Positions 40,067-53,892 are shown, numbered from the whole stretch's first letter. The stretch is DNA of 63,160 nt, filler included, from Octopus bimaculoides (GCF_001194135.2; 3 parts of 3 records of this genome joined end to end with filler, not necessarily neighbours in it), one strand, 5' to 3'. The notes: generated by a model not told the origin, from the sequence alone. Program-made: numbers and translations.

Positions 40067-40220
40067 CATGATGACAACGACGACCGCTTCGATGGTGATG
40101 TGTTGACGATGATGATAGTCGTGGCAATGAAGAGGACAACGATGGGGAGAACTGTGATGATGATGACCATGATGAAGAATACATCAGTGATATCGGTGTG
40201 TGCCGATGGCGATGACAATG
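39930..40220. repeat. compound trinucleotide microsatellite (GAC/GAT/GCT)n
   Basis: Read directly; explains the poly-H/Q/S/I ORFs. Confidence 0.95.
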
Positions 40221-40380
40221 ACTAAGATAATTACAATTGCAAGGCTAATTGCTATATAGTCACTCTCAAATCTTATGCCAGTTCACTGTAGCCACCGAAA
40301 ACCCGGATGTATACATTATCGCTGTCGTTTCTATTGCCGCCATGATGGTTGCCATGATGCGTATTTTCTCTCAGGCCAGA

Positions 40381-40861
40381 CTTAAATATCACGTCTGCAC
40401 TTATATCGAGGACTGTATTTGTTTATTGAACTGTTACATTTTCACGGTGGATGGATATCATTTACAGAAAATTACCTGCTGTTTCTAAATATCACGTCTG
40501 CGCTTATATCATGGACTGGATTTATTAATTGTGCCCTTACATTTCACGATGGAGGGATATCATTTGCGGGAAATTTGCCACCTTGCCCAAGCTTTTTCTA
40601 AATATCATGTCTGCACTTAAATCAGGGACCGCATTTATTAATTGCACTCTTAGATTTCACGATGGATACTCTTTTATTCTTTTACTCTTTTACTTGTTTC
40701 AGTCATTTGATTGTGGCCATGCTGGAGCACCACCTTTAGTTGTGCAAATCGACCCTAGGACTTATTCTTTGGAAGCCTAGTACTTATTCTATCGGTCTGT
40801 TTTGCCGAACCGCTAGGTTACTGGAACGTAAACACACCGGTATCGGTTGTCAAGCGATGTT

Positions 40862-40892
<31 letters not shown>

Positions 40893-41560
40893 AGACACAC
40901 ACACACACACACACATACACACATCTACACACACACCTACACATATATATATACATATATACGACGGGTGTCTTTCAGTTTCCGTCTACCAAATCCACTC
41001 ACAAGGCTTTGGTCGGCCCGAAGCTATAGTAGAAGACACTTGCCTAAGGTGCCATGCAGTGTGACTGAACCCGGAACCATGTGGTTGGTAAGCAAGCTAC
41101 TTACCACACAGCCAGTCCTACGCATATGGATGGATATTATTTGCGGAAAATTCGGCTCCTTTCTTCTAGCTGTTCCTAAGTATCACGTCCGCGTTTATAT
41201 CATGGAATACATTTGTTAAAAGCACTCTTACATTTCCCGAAGAATGTATATCATCTGCAGAAAATTTGGTTGTTTTTTCTAGCATTTTCTAAATAAGACC
41301 CATACATTTCTAGAGTGATGTATATCATTTGCGGAAAATATGGCACCTTGTTCTAGCTTTTTCTAAATATAACGTCTGCGCTTAAATCGTGGACTGCATT
41401 TGTTAATTGTACTTTTACATTTCACAATGGCTGGACATCATTTGCGGAATATTTGGCTACTTTTTCTAGCGTTTTCTAAATATGACGCCTGCGATTATAC
41501 CATGGACTGCATTTGTTAATTGCACTCTTAAATTTCAAGAGGGATATAATTCATTTCATG
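40381..41560. repeat. degenerate ~113-bp tandem repeat, about 7 units, interrupted by a SINE
   Basis: The AAATATCACGTCTGC-like motif recurs at 40384, 40487, 40600, 41178, 41291, 41365 and 41478. Confidence 0.85.
40669..41125 (-). mobile_element. full-length composite SINE B/C: tRNA head + CORE-like domain + internal (TA/TG)n + 3' region + (TAAAAGAG)-like tail
   Basis: B 40961-41122, microsatellite 40860-40960, C 40695-40858, tail CTCTTTTA-type repeats 40669-40694; possible short TSD ATGGAT. Confidence 0.9.
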
Positions 41561-41980
41561 AAGATTTGGCTGCTATTTTTAGCGAGATGAATGACCGTTC
41601 ATGGCATCATCGCGCATCATAGAGCCTTTATGGGCATGTAATGCGAAATGCGTAGGTAAGCTTATTTCTAGAACCTGAGACGACAACATCAAAGCAAAAA
41701 GAAAGAAAACACATTTGTTGGAACATATAAACACACATAAAACAGAGTTTGTAGAATATAGTAAGGCTAACCAACTGCAGAAGAAATGTCAAACGCAGAC
41801 ACTGGATCTTGATGTAGCCCTTGAAATTATCAGATCTTGTGAATTCGTCCAGGACACGCTAGCATGCGTTAAACACATATAAAAATATCCTTAGTTGATA
41901 GATATAGTAATATGCATAAAGAACATTTATACATAGATATACAAACACAATATTAAATATATTTTGAGTTTATAGACATA

Positions 41981-42150
41981 CGTGGTCTCATCAATAAGTA
42001 TTCGGACTGCTACCATAGCGACGAAGCGAAAGCACGCGGCGTAAAGCCGCTTGGCACAGATTGACCCCACGCTTTAGTTTTAACGTTGTAGCTCACTTCT
42101 GCTGTTTACAGTAGTGCTTGGAGGGAAGGAGTTGAGGACCTGTTCTTTGC
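41981..42150 (+). mobile_element. mariner left end with TIR
   Basis: TA + CGTGGTCTCATCAATAAGTATTCGGACTG; same TIR at 26931-26958 and 53478-53504, each TA-flanked. Confidence 0.75.
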
Positions 42151-42169
42151 TCTAGATCTCGACAACTGT

Positions 42170-42780
42170 GTTAAAACGGACGGCGACCTTTGAGCTGCCT
42201 ATTCATGTTAGGAACGTTATAGGAGACCGCTGGTGCTATATCTGGCGAATAAGGCGGGTGTGGATGTAGCACCATGCTTGATTTGGTGAGAAACTCAATG
42301 ACAAGGTGCATTGTTGTTGTGAAGATCTCAATTCTTCGTGCACCAGAGATCCAGTCGCTTCCGCCAAATGTCCTCCATCAAATGTTTCAAAACGTCGTGG
42401 TACAACTCTCGATTGACAGTTTCGACTGGGGGATGAATTCTCGATGCACAATATCACATTTCCGCGGCTGACGCTGGTGGAAGGTCTTCCAGATCGCTTA
42501 TCTTCTTCCAGAGACGTTCTTTCGCTTTTGGAGCACCCGTGCCACTCGAAACATTATGTGCGACCCATTGCCACGTCACCGTAAGTTGGCCGAAGTATGC
42601 TAAATGTCTCTGTAGCAGACTTCCCAAGCTTGTCTCTGAATTGAAAGTTTAGCAGAAAGACGGTAAGGTGTACCCTATTTTTCTCAAAATGACAAATGAA
42701 TCCCTCGGTTCATTACAGAAAATTCATTTTATGTTTTTGCTTTCTTCCTTAATCATAGCATTAATAGCACTGAAACAAAA
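42170..42780 (-). mobile_element. internally deleted mariner transposase relic
   Basis: Minus strand KLGKSATETF..CFEWHG..DKRSGRPSTS (HTH), TVNRELYHDVLKHL..LHNNNAPCH, and HPPYSPDIAP at 42231-42260 (mariner YSPDLAP motif). Confidence 0.9.
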
Positions 42781-42833
42781 TTATTAGGTTTAAATGATTG
42801 CTAATAACAGGACAGCATATATATAAATATATA

Positions 42834-42868
<35 letters not shown>

Positions 42869-43361
42869 NNNNNNNNNNNNNNNNNNNNNNNNNNNNNNNN
42901 NNNNNNNNNNNNNNNNNNNNNNNNNNNNNNNNNNNNNNNNNNNNNNNNNNNNNNNNNNNNNNNNNNNNNNNNNNNNNNNNNNNNNNNNNNNNNNNNNNNN
43001 NNNNNNNNNNNNNNNNNNNNNNNNNNNNNNNNNNNNNNNNNNNNNNNNNNNNNNNNNNNNNNNNNNNNNNNNNNNNNNNNNNNNNNNNNNNNNNNNNNNN
43101 NNNNNNNNNNNNNNNNNNNNNNNNNNNNNNNNNNNNNNNNNNNNNNNNNNNNNNNNNNNNNNNNNNNNNNNNNNNNNNNNNNNNNNNNNNNNNNNNNNNN
43201 NNNNNNNNNNNNNNNNNNNNNNNNNNNNNNNNNNNNNNNNNNNNNNNNNNNNNNNNNNNNNNNNNNNNNNNNNNNNNNNNNNNNNNNNNNNNNNNNNNNN
43301 NNNNNNNNNNNNNNNNNNNNNNNNNNNNNNNNNNNNNNNNNNNNNNNNNNNNNNNNNNNNN

Positions 43362-43367
43362 CCTCAA

Positions 43368-43409
<42 letters not shown>

Positions 43410-43418
43410 TAACATCAA

Positions 43419-43463
<45 letters not shown>

Positions 43464-43810
43464 TATCATCAACATCATCATCATCATCATCATCGTCATC
43501 ATCGTCCTCGTCATCGTCATCGTCATCGTCATCGTCGTCATCGTCAACATCGTAAACCTCACCATCATTAATATCAATATTCTCATCACTACCATCATCA
43601 CCATCACCGCCACAACCAATCACATCACCACCACCATCACCACCACCACTACCACACCATTACCAACACGATCTTCATCATCATGATCATCATGATCATC
43701 ATCATCAGTAGTACTAGCAGCAGTAGCAGCAGCAGCAACATGGTCGTCGTCGTCATCGTCTTCGTCATCATCATCCGCATCTGCATCATCTCCACAACCA
43801 CCACGATGAC
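43362..43810. repeat. (CAT)n / (CAC)n microsatellite block
   Basis: Read directly; source of the poly-D/M/S/I ORFs. Confidence 0.95.
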
Positions 43811-45057
43811 CATCAATCAGCCTCTACATCTTGGAAGTTTATTGCTTTTTGTTCGTTATTTTTTATCATTATTATTATAATACATTTTTTTCTTATTTTG
43901 TAATTTGTTTCTTTCTGTTTTTAATCTACCTCTATGTAATATATACTCTAAGAAGTATATGAAAAACGAAACATTAGAAATTAAGAGGGTAAGGTGGGTG
44001 AGAGTAAAGGGCGGGGAAGAGAAAAAGTCATTATTCAGTTATATTTTAGATTAAAGACATGTTATTTTGGAATTGTCCATTACCAAAGATGATTCCGAAA
44101 TAAAAACGTCTTTCATAGAGCAGATAACGATCTCGTCTGGTCTTTTCACAGAACACCGGCGGAAATTGTCAATCTGACAGCCAATATAGACAAGGTTAAA
44201 TTCACGTTTTCTGAAGCGGAAGTAATGTGTTTCGCTGTTAAAGACATTGAAAGCCTTTTACAATCATAGATATAGGATAACTGTCGTATCTCATAGACTA
44301 TATATCGCAGATATTTCATAACTGTTGCTAGCTCGATCTTAATCGGTTTTGCATTATAGTAGGTAGCAAAATAGATTTTGCTGAAACTTCGTAGTTTTAT
44401 CGAAGACAATATTTTCATTTAAACAACGGAGTCTCGGCATTAATGGAATTGCGATGTTGCTAGTGTTTCTGAGAGAAGATGGTTGGCCCCTAGGTACAGT
44501 GCCGATAGAATAGACGTGGGGAAAAATACAACGAAATAAGATAGGTAGCCATTGAGGGCAAAGATATAATTAAACTTTGATTGATGAGTCGCTAACAGGA
44601 ATATTCGTTTGTGTATTAATTAATCGCATGTGTAATACGGAATATAATAGATATAATATGCACATACACCATGCATATATACGTACATACCTGCATGCAT
44701 ACACACAAGCACTCACAACACAACACACACGTACATACATACATACATGTACATATATGTATCAATGAGTAACAGTAGATGTACAGGTGTCAATTCATTA
44801 CGGCTGTTTCTAACGAGTCTTAATTGATTAATGAAAACATTACGTCATTATAGAGAAACCGTTTTCGTCAGATGAATTCATGAACTTCAAAATAAAGGAC
44901 ATCCAAAACCAAAATGATTTAACATAGTTTAAAATCCACGGAGCAACACGTTTTCAGTTATTCTGCTACTCTTTCAGTTGAGAGAATCTATATTATTCCG
45001 ACCTAACGAGGTGCCTTAATTTAAGTAAGTACCTAATTCAACTGAACATCACTCATA

Positions 45058-45132
<75 letters not shown>

Positions 45133-46137
45133 CACGCATACGCTCGCAAAATTTATCGGTACAATATTCTAAACATATGTGTGGTGTTGGAAAATCAGAG
45201 GCTACGGTTTTCGTACTCAAAATTTCTTTTAGTGAATTATTGTGCTAAAAAATAAAAAAATATATTTAGTAGCTAGGGGCGACGAAACCATTCCAGAAGT
45301 GACCAGGAGAGCGACAGATATGTATTTTTCGGTTGGCTAACGACACACATTCTGTGTCCGATTGGTATTTGAGAGGGGAGGTCATCACTCCCATTCCTAG
45401 TATATCACGCAAGATGAGGCATGGGAGTGATGACCTCCCTTCGCAAATACTAATCAGACACAGAATATTTGTCGTTAGCCAGTAGGACTGTCCCATATAG
45501 GACGCCACACTTGGTTAGCAATTATATGTTACGAGTATATATACTTAAATANNNNNNNNNNATATACACACAAAATATTTTATAATCATATACATAATTA
45601 TAACATGTTTATGACACGCTCATATATGCTCATACACATATTTATATATGAGAATGTATATTTTCATACAAATGTAAATGAGAGAGAGAGAAAGAGATAG
45701 GCGAATGGAAAGTGACAGTTAAGTATTTCTCCGTGCTTGCGGCTTCTCAGTGTCACGTACTTGTGTCATTTCCGAAACGAATAAAGATTTGTGCTTGCGA
45801 TGAATGGAAAGTGAGAGATGATGAAGAATAAAGGATGAATTTTAAATACGTACCTTCAATTGATCACATAAACACGAACTGTGTCTGTGTGCTGACATTA
45901 ATATACATTTCGGGTCTTGAGTTTTAAATGATGAAACATGATAGCAATCCATTAGTGTGCAACTGTGTTTGGTGTATTACGTACTGTTAACTAAGTCTTA
46001 CATAATACGACATTTCATTTGTAAAAGATCACTTATGACTTCGGCAGACATATTAATTTGAATAATGTAACAACTACAAGAAATTGTCGCAATATAATCC
46101 TGTGATTAAGTGCAAATTAACTTCCATTTCAAGAGTG

Positions 46138-46800
46138 AAGGCAAGTCGATTACATCGACCTCAGTGCTCAAATGGTAGTTATTTTATCGACCCCTAAAGG
46201 ATGAAAGATAAAGTCAACCTCGGTGGAATTTGAACTCAGAGCGGAAAGATGGACGAAACGCCGCTAAGCATTTTGCATGGCATGCAAATGATTCTACCAG
46301 CTCACCTCCTTGCTACTTTATTAATATTTCGGGGCGAGCTGGTAAAATCGTTACCGCGCCTAGCAAAATGCTTAGCAGCATTTTCTCCGTCTTAACCTTC
46401 CGAGTTCAAATTCCGCCGAGGTCGACTTTGACTTGCGCTCTTTCTGAGGTGATGAAATAAGTACCAGTTTAGCACTGGCTAATCGATGTAATCGACATTA
46501 CCCCCTCGCCCGAAATTACTGGCCTTGTGCCAAAATTTGAAACTAATGTTACATTCATATATCACCGATTATCTGAAGGCACAAGGCGGCGAGCTGGCAG
46601 AAACGTTAGCACGCCGGGCGAAATGCTTAGCAATATTTCGTCTGTCTTTACGTTCTGAGTTCAAATTCCACCGAGGACGACTTTGCCTTTCATCCTTTCG
46701 AGGTCGATAAATTAAGTACCAGTTGCGCACTGGGGTCGATCTAATCGACTGGCTCTCCTCCCGACAAAAATTTCGGGCCTTGTGCCTAGAGAAGAAAAGA
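46138..46800. mobile_element. cluster of three SINE family A units (-,+,+)
   Basis: Minus copy about 46138-46312, plus copies starting about 46331 and 46582. Confidence 0.85.
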
Positions 46801-46809
46801 TTGCGTGAA

Positions 46810-47325
46810 GTCACATTGCCTAGTGGTTAATGTTTCTGCAGTCACGATCACAAGATCATGGTTTCGATTCCCTGATCATGTGTTTCATTGTGTTTTTGAG
46901 CAAAACACTTCATTTGGCGTTGCTCCAGGACATTTAGATGTAAATGAGTAACCCAACGATGGACTGGTGTCACGTTCAGAGGTAATGTTGCGATCAAGTA
47001 GTAATATCCAAAGCTTACCTTAACACTGGTTCTTATATATCGTGAAGGATTACGATCGTAAGGTCATGGGTTCGATTCCTGGCGGTGCGTCGTTTCTTTG
47101 AGCAAGACATATTATTTGACGTGTCTCTAGTCCACTCGACTGGCAAAAAGGAGTTATATCCGTAATTCAAAGGGGTCACCTTGTCACATTGTCTGTCAAG
47201 TTGAATCTCTCCGAGAACTACTCTGAAAGTACGTGTATCTGTGGAATACTTAACCACTTGCACGTTAATGTTACTAGCAGACTGTTCTGTTGATCGATTC
47301 ACCTGAGACACTCGTCATTGTAACT
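46810..47325 (+). mobile_element. two SINE family D copies
   Basis: Heads with GGTTTCGATTCCC / GGGTTCGATTCCT and TTTGAGCAA(A/G)AC domain; the second has the family tail. Confidence 0.75.
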
Positions 47326-48340
47326 AAGGAAAAGTCAGGTCGTATATATTATGTGTTAATATTTAATAGTAGCATTTAATATTAAACTATAATGTAGAGA
47401 AAAAGACATACAGAAAACGACATCATTTCTTTTACGTTTTATTGCATTAGAATCCAAGTTTGGATTTACCTCGATTTTTTGAGACAAGTCTTGCTTTGGT
47501 GCATAGCGCATAGTAGCTATGTTACGTAGAAACAATAATTTTTAGTTACACATTGTCTAATAAAACTTGAAAGCGAGTAAATGGTAGTGAAAAGAAACTG
47601 TAAGGCTTTCCATGGTCCACAACTCAAGTTCCGATGTGGAGCTGGCATTTATAAGAAATAATTATATTGTAGATTCAGTGGTAATCCATCAATAAGCTTG
47701 GACTGTCAGTTATCGCTGCTTCTGTCTAGAGGCCAGCGAAAAAAGAAAGATTCGGATCGTAAACACGGTTCCGGCCGGCTGTTTTCCTTAGAGCCGAAAT
47801 TTTAAAAGAAAGAGTTAGACATAGAATAATACCACTTCCAATTAAATGTATTATCTGGAATGGCTTTTTGCCTTCGACTAACACATGAATAAAGGAGGGG
47901 GGGGGGAGAAAGTAGCTTACTTACTTACCCGTCTCTATATTCTTTCGCGTTCACATTACGTGATAACAACAAAAAGATAAAACGCCATAGAGAAAAAAAA
48001 AGAAACAAACAACATGAAGAATAAAAATGGAAACAAGAACGAAGGATACTTTCGCTGCAGATTGCTCTCGAGTGTTGCTAACCGCTTTTTAAAATGGCTG
48101 ACGGCAATTGTGTGTAACAGTAAAAGCTTATCAAACAGAACATTCGTTTTCCACTATACTTATGGTCGATATCAGGGCATTTACTACAGAATGATGCCAT
48201 TACAGTTTTACAGGCATTAATACCCATTGATCTCGTTGTCATAAGTGCTTTTGTATGTTTGACGAAGAGAAGATTGAAAAAATACCCTTTTATATATCGT
48301 ATATCTAATTGTGCATTTATACATACACATTCACATACGC

Positions 48341-48380
<40 letters not shown>

Positions 48381-48465
48381 GCATATATCTATATCTACCT
48401 ATATAATTATATATATGTATATATATATATATATATGTATGTATATATATATGTATATATATATG

Positions 48466-48530
<65 letters not shown>

Positions 48531-48629
48531 NNNNNNNNNNNNNNNNNNNNNNNNNNNNNNNNNNNNNNNNNNNNNNNNNNNNNNNNNNNNNNNNNNNNNN
48601 NNNNNNNNNNNNNNNNNNNNNNNNNNNNN

Positions 48630-48708
<79 letters not shown>

Positions 48709-49946
48709 ACGTAACTCAGAAACACAGATATAGATAGATATATACATAAACACATTCACTTGTGCACACATAGCTATATACTTAAGCAGTAAGAACGGAG
48801 AGAGGCAGATCGGGGAAGGTGGTAGCGCGAGTATATATATATGTGCGAGTATATATGTATACCTATATACGTGTGTGTGTATGAGTGAGTGAGTGTGTCT
48901 CTGAGTGTACACATATAAAATCTCATTCACACCGAGGCTTATATACAAAATGTATGTAAAACGCAAAATTATATATACCGTAGGAAACAATAAACCATTA
49001 TAACGTAGTGACGCACACACAAGCACAAACCAAAACAACGATAGGCATAAATACACCAATACCGATTGACTCACACACAAACGTATGAATATGAAAGTAT
49101 ATTTTCATAGCCATATGAGTAAATGCGAGGGCGCATGCGCGTGGAATAGAAAGTGAAACTCAATCAAGGAAGTGGGATTAATACGGTAGACGTGACATTC
49201 AGTGTGTATATATGTGTTGACATTAACATATTCTGTTTACATAATATTTTTCGGTATTATTTCTTTGATATATCTGATTAGTTTCTGTGAATATAATAAA
49301 TGAGTTGTCTTGTTCTATGATTTAGGTATAGAAACGTCCAAAACGCGAGCTCGCTGATTAGTGGTCACAATGCCTTGCGGTATTTGTTCTGGAAAAGAAT
49401 TTTATATTCTGAGTTCAAATCTGGCTGAGATCAACTGTGTGTATCAGCCACTTGAGGTTGACAAAATAAGTACCAGTTGAGCATTGGTGTCAATATTATA
49501 GGCTCACCGACACTAAGACTGCTGGCCCTGTGCCAACATTTGACACATATATTAGAGGAAGCAAGTTGTCAGAATCGTTAGCTTGTCGGTCAAAATATTT
49601 AGAAGCATTTGTTCCGGCCCTTTCACAATCTGAGTTGAAATACTTTCAAGGTAAACTTTTCCCTTCACCCTATCACAGTCGATAATATGAAAATCGTTTG
49701 AACACTGTCGATGTAATCAACTTAAAATTTGCCCTCAATTTGCTGGCCTTTTGCTAAAATTCGAAGCCATCTGCTGCCAGTAGATGTCACTAGCATCATT
49801 TTAGATTTTACTAACGGAGCTCAACTAAATTAAAACATCGCTTTTTGTATAACGTCTTCCCTAAAACCACTTGCGACGTGGCGGGCCTGTAGCATACAAC
49901 AAAAGAAACAGGCGCTCTGCAGTCTGAGGACATAATTTTACTACTG

Positions 49947-49993
<47 letters not shown>

Positions 49994-50149
49994 GCTGCTC
50001 CTGCTGCTGGTGGTGCTGGTGCTGCTGCTACTACTGCTGCTGCTACTACTACTATTACTACTACTACTACTACTATTACTACTACTGCTACTACTACTAC
50101 AATAATTATTCTTAAGGCGACGAGCCAAATCTTTTGTGCGCCAGACACA

Positions 50150-50324
50150 TACGTAGGCATATTTCTTCCTGCTCTTAACGCTCTGAGTTCAAATTCGGCG
50201 GAGGTCAACTTTGCTTTTCATCTTTTCGGGGTCGATGAATTAAGTACCAGTTTCGCACTGGGGTAGATGAAATCGACTTTTCCTCTCCCCCAAAATTTCA
50301 GGCCGTGTGCCTATAGCAGAAAGG

Positions 50325-50327
<3 letters not shown>
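50150..50327 (+). mobile_element. SINE family A copy with (ATT)n tail
   Basis: CTCTGAGTTCAAATTCGGCGGAGGTCAACTTTGCTTTTCATC..AAGTACCAG; (ATT)n follows to about 50395. Confidence 0.8.
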
Positions 50328-50395
<68 letters not shown>

Positions 50396-50397
50396 CA

Positions 50398-51375
50398 AGC
50401 GTAGACTAAGAAAGAGAGCTTGGCATCTGGAGTGCCGGCAAGCACTTACAGCTTTCTGCAAGTCGGGCTTTGCAGTTGGTGGAAGTTCCACTATGGATTT
50501 CTATAGGTGATTAGTGGCAGGCAAGAGCGCCGACGTCCTTACGGAAACTCTGGGCGTCGGGAGGGATCAATTAGCTGGTCTTTATCGGAGGACTTTCGGG
50601 CCGGGGTCTAAGGACAACTTCCAGAAACGAGCTCTACAGACATGAAAGTGCTGTCAAGACGGCCCTGTCTGACGTGTGCGCAGGGCGACGAAACCGTGCT
50701 ACATGCACGAGTCCAGTGTCTGGGGAGTACTGACGTATGGAGCTTTGTCGAACGGCTGTTGACGCGTGTAGGATTCATCCAGTTAACAACCGAGTCCATC
50801 GTGAAGATCGCACAGCCGCCTTTTGTTTCGAAACAAACTCTACAGACATGAAAGTGCTGTGAGACGGACCTGTCTGACGTGTACGTAAGGTGATGAAACC
50901 GTACTGCCTGCACTCGTTCAGTTTCTGGGCATTACTGACATATGGAGCTTTGTTGAACAGCTGTTGACGCGTGTGGGACTCATCCAGTTATCAGCCGAGT
51001 TCATTGTGAATATCACCCCGCCGCCTTCTTTTGGCCGGGAAGGTAAGGCACTTTCCCTCTCTCTCTGGTGGCTACGGTGAAGGAGGTAGTGTGGTGGACG
51101 ACATTGAATGAAAGGGCTGAAGAAAGATACTTTCGTCTTCGGCCAAGTCCTCATCGAGTTTTTCAAGTTCTACTTGAAAAAGCAAGTGAGGGGGAAGATG
51201 AAAGTATGAAAGCTCTGCACCCACTTCCAACCAGCATATTTCTCTAAATGTGAGTGAATGTGACGAGGATGGTCCGTGAGAATGGGCCTACTCTGGACAT
51301 TCACTTGTAAACCGGAGCATTTGAGGTGCTTTCTTTCCATAACCGTTGTGTAAGACATTTTGAGCGTACATGTCA
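50398..51375 (+). mobile_element. L1/Tx1-clade LINE 3' relic with CCHC zinc knuckle, internally duplicated
   Basis: CLTCAQGDETVLHARVQC (C-x2-C-x8-H-x4-C, 50666-50719) followed by VWSFVERLL; 206-bp direct duplication. Confidence 0.8.
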
Positions 51376-52121
51376 GAAATGCAATGAATTTTTAACATAA
51401 CATCATTAGAACGTCGAACCAATTTAAAAAAAAAACTTTTCTCTTGTATTTTGTTTTGTTTTATTAACGTATTTGTCTTTCTTCTCGCAACATGATATCT
51501 CCTCGTCAGAATGGTGCGATGTGTTTATTTTGACGCGTTCTTAGCAAATTATGGCCTGACTCGTTGATTCACATCCACCACTTACATTATTATTGTCGTT
51601 ATTCTTCTTGTTGCTGCTACTGTTGTTGCTGATTTTATTGGACGCCGAAGTAGGATTGTTAGCACCTTGAATGCCGTCAGGCGCTCACATCACCCTGTCT
51701 CTTGGGTAGGCGGTAGGCGTTTTCCGCCATGGCATCTTGTAGAGATTTAGTGATGAGTAAGGGTACAAAGTACCCGCAGAAACTCTGGGCATCCAGGAAA
51801 ATTATCTGCTTGGACTTTTCGGAAAAGGAGCAAGCTCATATACACATAAGCGCATATGCGGAACATATAATCACGCGTACGCACATACATGATTGCACGC
51901 GCGCACACATATACAGATACAGACGCAAACTCATGCGCAGATAAGGATACACATTATAGAAAGACAGAATGGACTAAGCAGACCAGAAGGATACATGTGG
52001 ACAGAAAGGGTCACTGAAGGGGTCACAGATATGTCACAAAAGATTTCCAGGCAGTGAATATAAGATAAAATAAGAACAATAATAAATTAGTGTATAACGA
52101 TTATATAGTGTATGTGTTTAT

Positions 52122-52337
52122 TTGTCCGTAAATTGCAGGGGCATAGAATTGCGAAACAGAGAAAGAATGGGAGATCCGGAGGATGATGGGCACGAATACC
52201 TTGGGATCCCGGAGCTGGACAATATCTTACACAAAGAAATGAATGACAAGATCAACACTGCATATTTCAAGCGCCTCAAACTTCTCTTGAAATCAAAGTT
52301 CAACTCAAGGAGCCTTGTGACTGCCATCAGCATATAG
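52122..52337 (+). mobile_element. R4/Dong-clade LINE RT-thumb fragment
   Basis: GIELRNRERMGDPEDDGHEYLGIPELDNILHKEMNDKINTAYFKRLKLLLKSKFNSRSLVTAI matches the remembered R4-type pattern YKYLGI.E...I.H..MK.KI..EY..R...ILKS.LN..N...AIN. Confidence 0.75.
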
Positions 52338-52730
52338 TTTCATATCAGGAATCTTGCAACATATATTCATAAACTTTTCCAGAAGACTTTCCACAAATCC
52401 ATTTCCTGGCTGTGCTATTAAGGCAGGGGGTGCAATTGTCAGTTTAGTATAAGAATAATGATAGTAGTGCCACCTGCTGGGCCTATATGAAATGCACACA
52501 GAGCGACTTGCTATCACGTGTGGAACAGACCTGGCCATCAGCTGATTCGATCGTACAGATAGCCCCACCGTCTTCTTTAGTCAAAAAGGACTGGAAATTT
52601 CACTCCGTCCATAGAATTTGTATTAAATAAAGTTATACCATTTACTTTCCATTGTATACCGGTAATTTAAATGAGGTTAAAAAAGCACAAGAGTGGCTGT
52701 GTGGTAAGTAGCTTGCTTACCCACCACAAG

Positions 52731-53506
52731 GCTCAGTTTTAATGTCGTAGCTCACTTCTGCTGTTTACAGCAGTGCTTGGAGGGAAGGTGTGTAACGTTT
52801 GGTAGTCGCATTGACCATGACAGAGGAAGTTAAGCAGAGAATCTGCATCATATTTGGCCAAAAGCTTGGCGATACCTGCGCAGAGGCTAACGCAAAGTTT
52901 TCAAAATTTTTCATCGTTCTCAACACGATCAAGGAGAACTTGTGCAACTGAAACCCGAGTGTCTTTTTGTTAAGCTGAAAGCAGTTTGGTACAAACTTGG
53001 CAGATACGCATCTCATACTCAAATTCTTCAGTGATAATGGACTGAACTGAACCGTATCTAATCTGCGCATCTTCTGATAACTCACGGATGATGATTCGAC
53101 GATTTCCCCTCACAGCTGCACGCATATTTGCGATGTTTATCACTATTCTGTTGGTTGCAGGTCTCCCAAAACGTTCGTTAATATGGACATTTTTTCGGCC
53201 ATTTTCGAAACATCTGAACCTCTCGTACATTTGTGTTCAGTTCATACACTCTTCTCCATACACTTTCTGCATCTTTCCGTAGGTCTCTGAACAGGTATCA
53301 CCGTGACAACTTAATCTGTCATGGTCAATACGATAATCGCACACTACACACGTTCCTTCTAAGTACTTCTGTAAACAGTGAATTAGAATGTTAAAACTTA
53401 GTTCCCATGCATAGCAGAGTCCAAGGTCGATCTTTGTCAAGCAGCTTTACTCTTCGTGCTTCGTTACTATGGCAACAGGCCGGATACTTATTGATCAGAG
53501 TTCGTA
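52731..53506. mobile_element. two convergent mariner 5' ends
   Basis: + piece with ATG 52817 (MTEEVKQRICIIFGQKLGDTCAE); - piece from the TIR at 53504 (DTCSETYGKMQKVYGEE, ERFGRP, IRELSE..SVQSIITEE, SAKFVP). Confidence 0.85.
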
Positions 53507-53849
53507 AATATGCATTGTTCTATGTATATGTAAAATCTTGAGTTTTATACATAAATAAATATAAATACGCACGCAAACGTTTAGATATATAGATACATAA
53601 ACTCCCACGCACACACGCGCACACACATGCATACACGTGTACACACAGCTACACAGACGGACATACACATACGAGCACTCTCATATAAATGCATTCAAAC
53701 ACTATTTAGACCTGGGGTATATGGTAAAAGAAATTCGTAATACGGTGATATATATATATATATATATATATATAGTGCGGAATATGTGAGCGATAAAGAA
53801 ATATTAGGAGAGAACGAAAGGAAAGAATACGATCGCCACAAAGGCGTTT

Positions 53850-53892
<43 letters not shown>

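Noticed and set aside
40381-41560. DIICGKF motifs suggesting a C2H2 zinc-finger array
   Set aside because: The period is about 113 bp rather than 84 bp, with no CxxC...HxxxH or TGEKP linkers.
42790-43880. Poly-Asp/Met/Ser/Ile/His ORFs
   Set aside because: (CAT)n microsatellite beside a gap.
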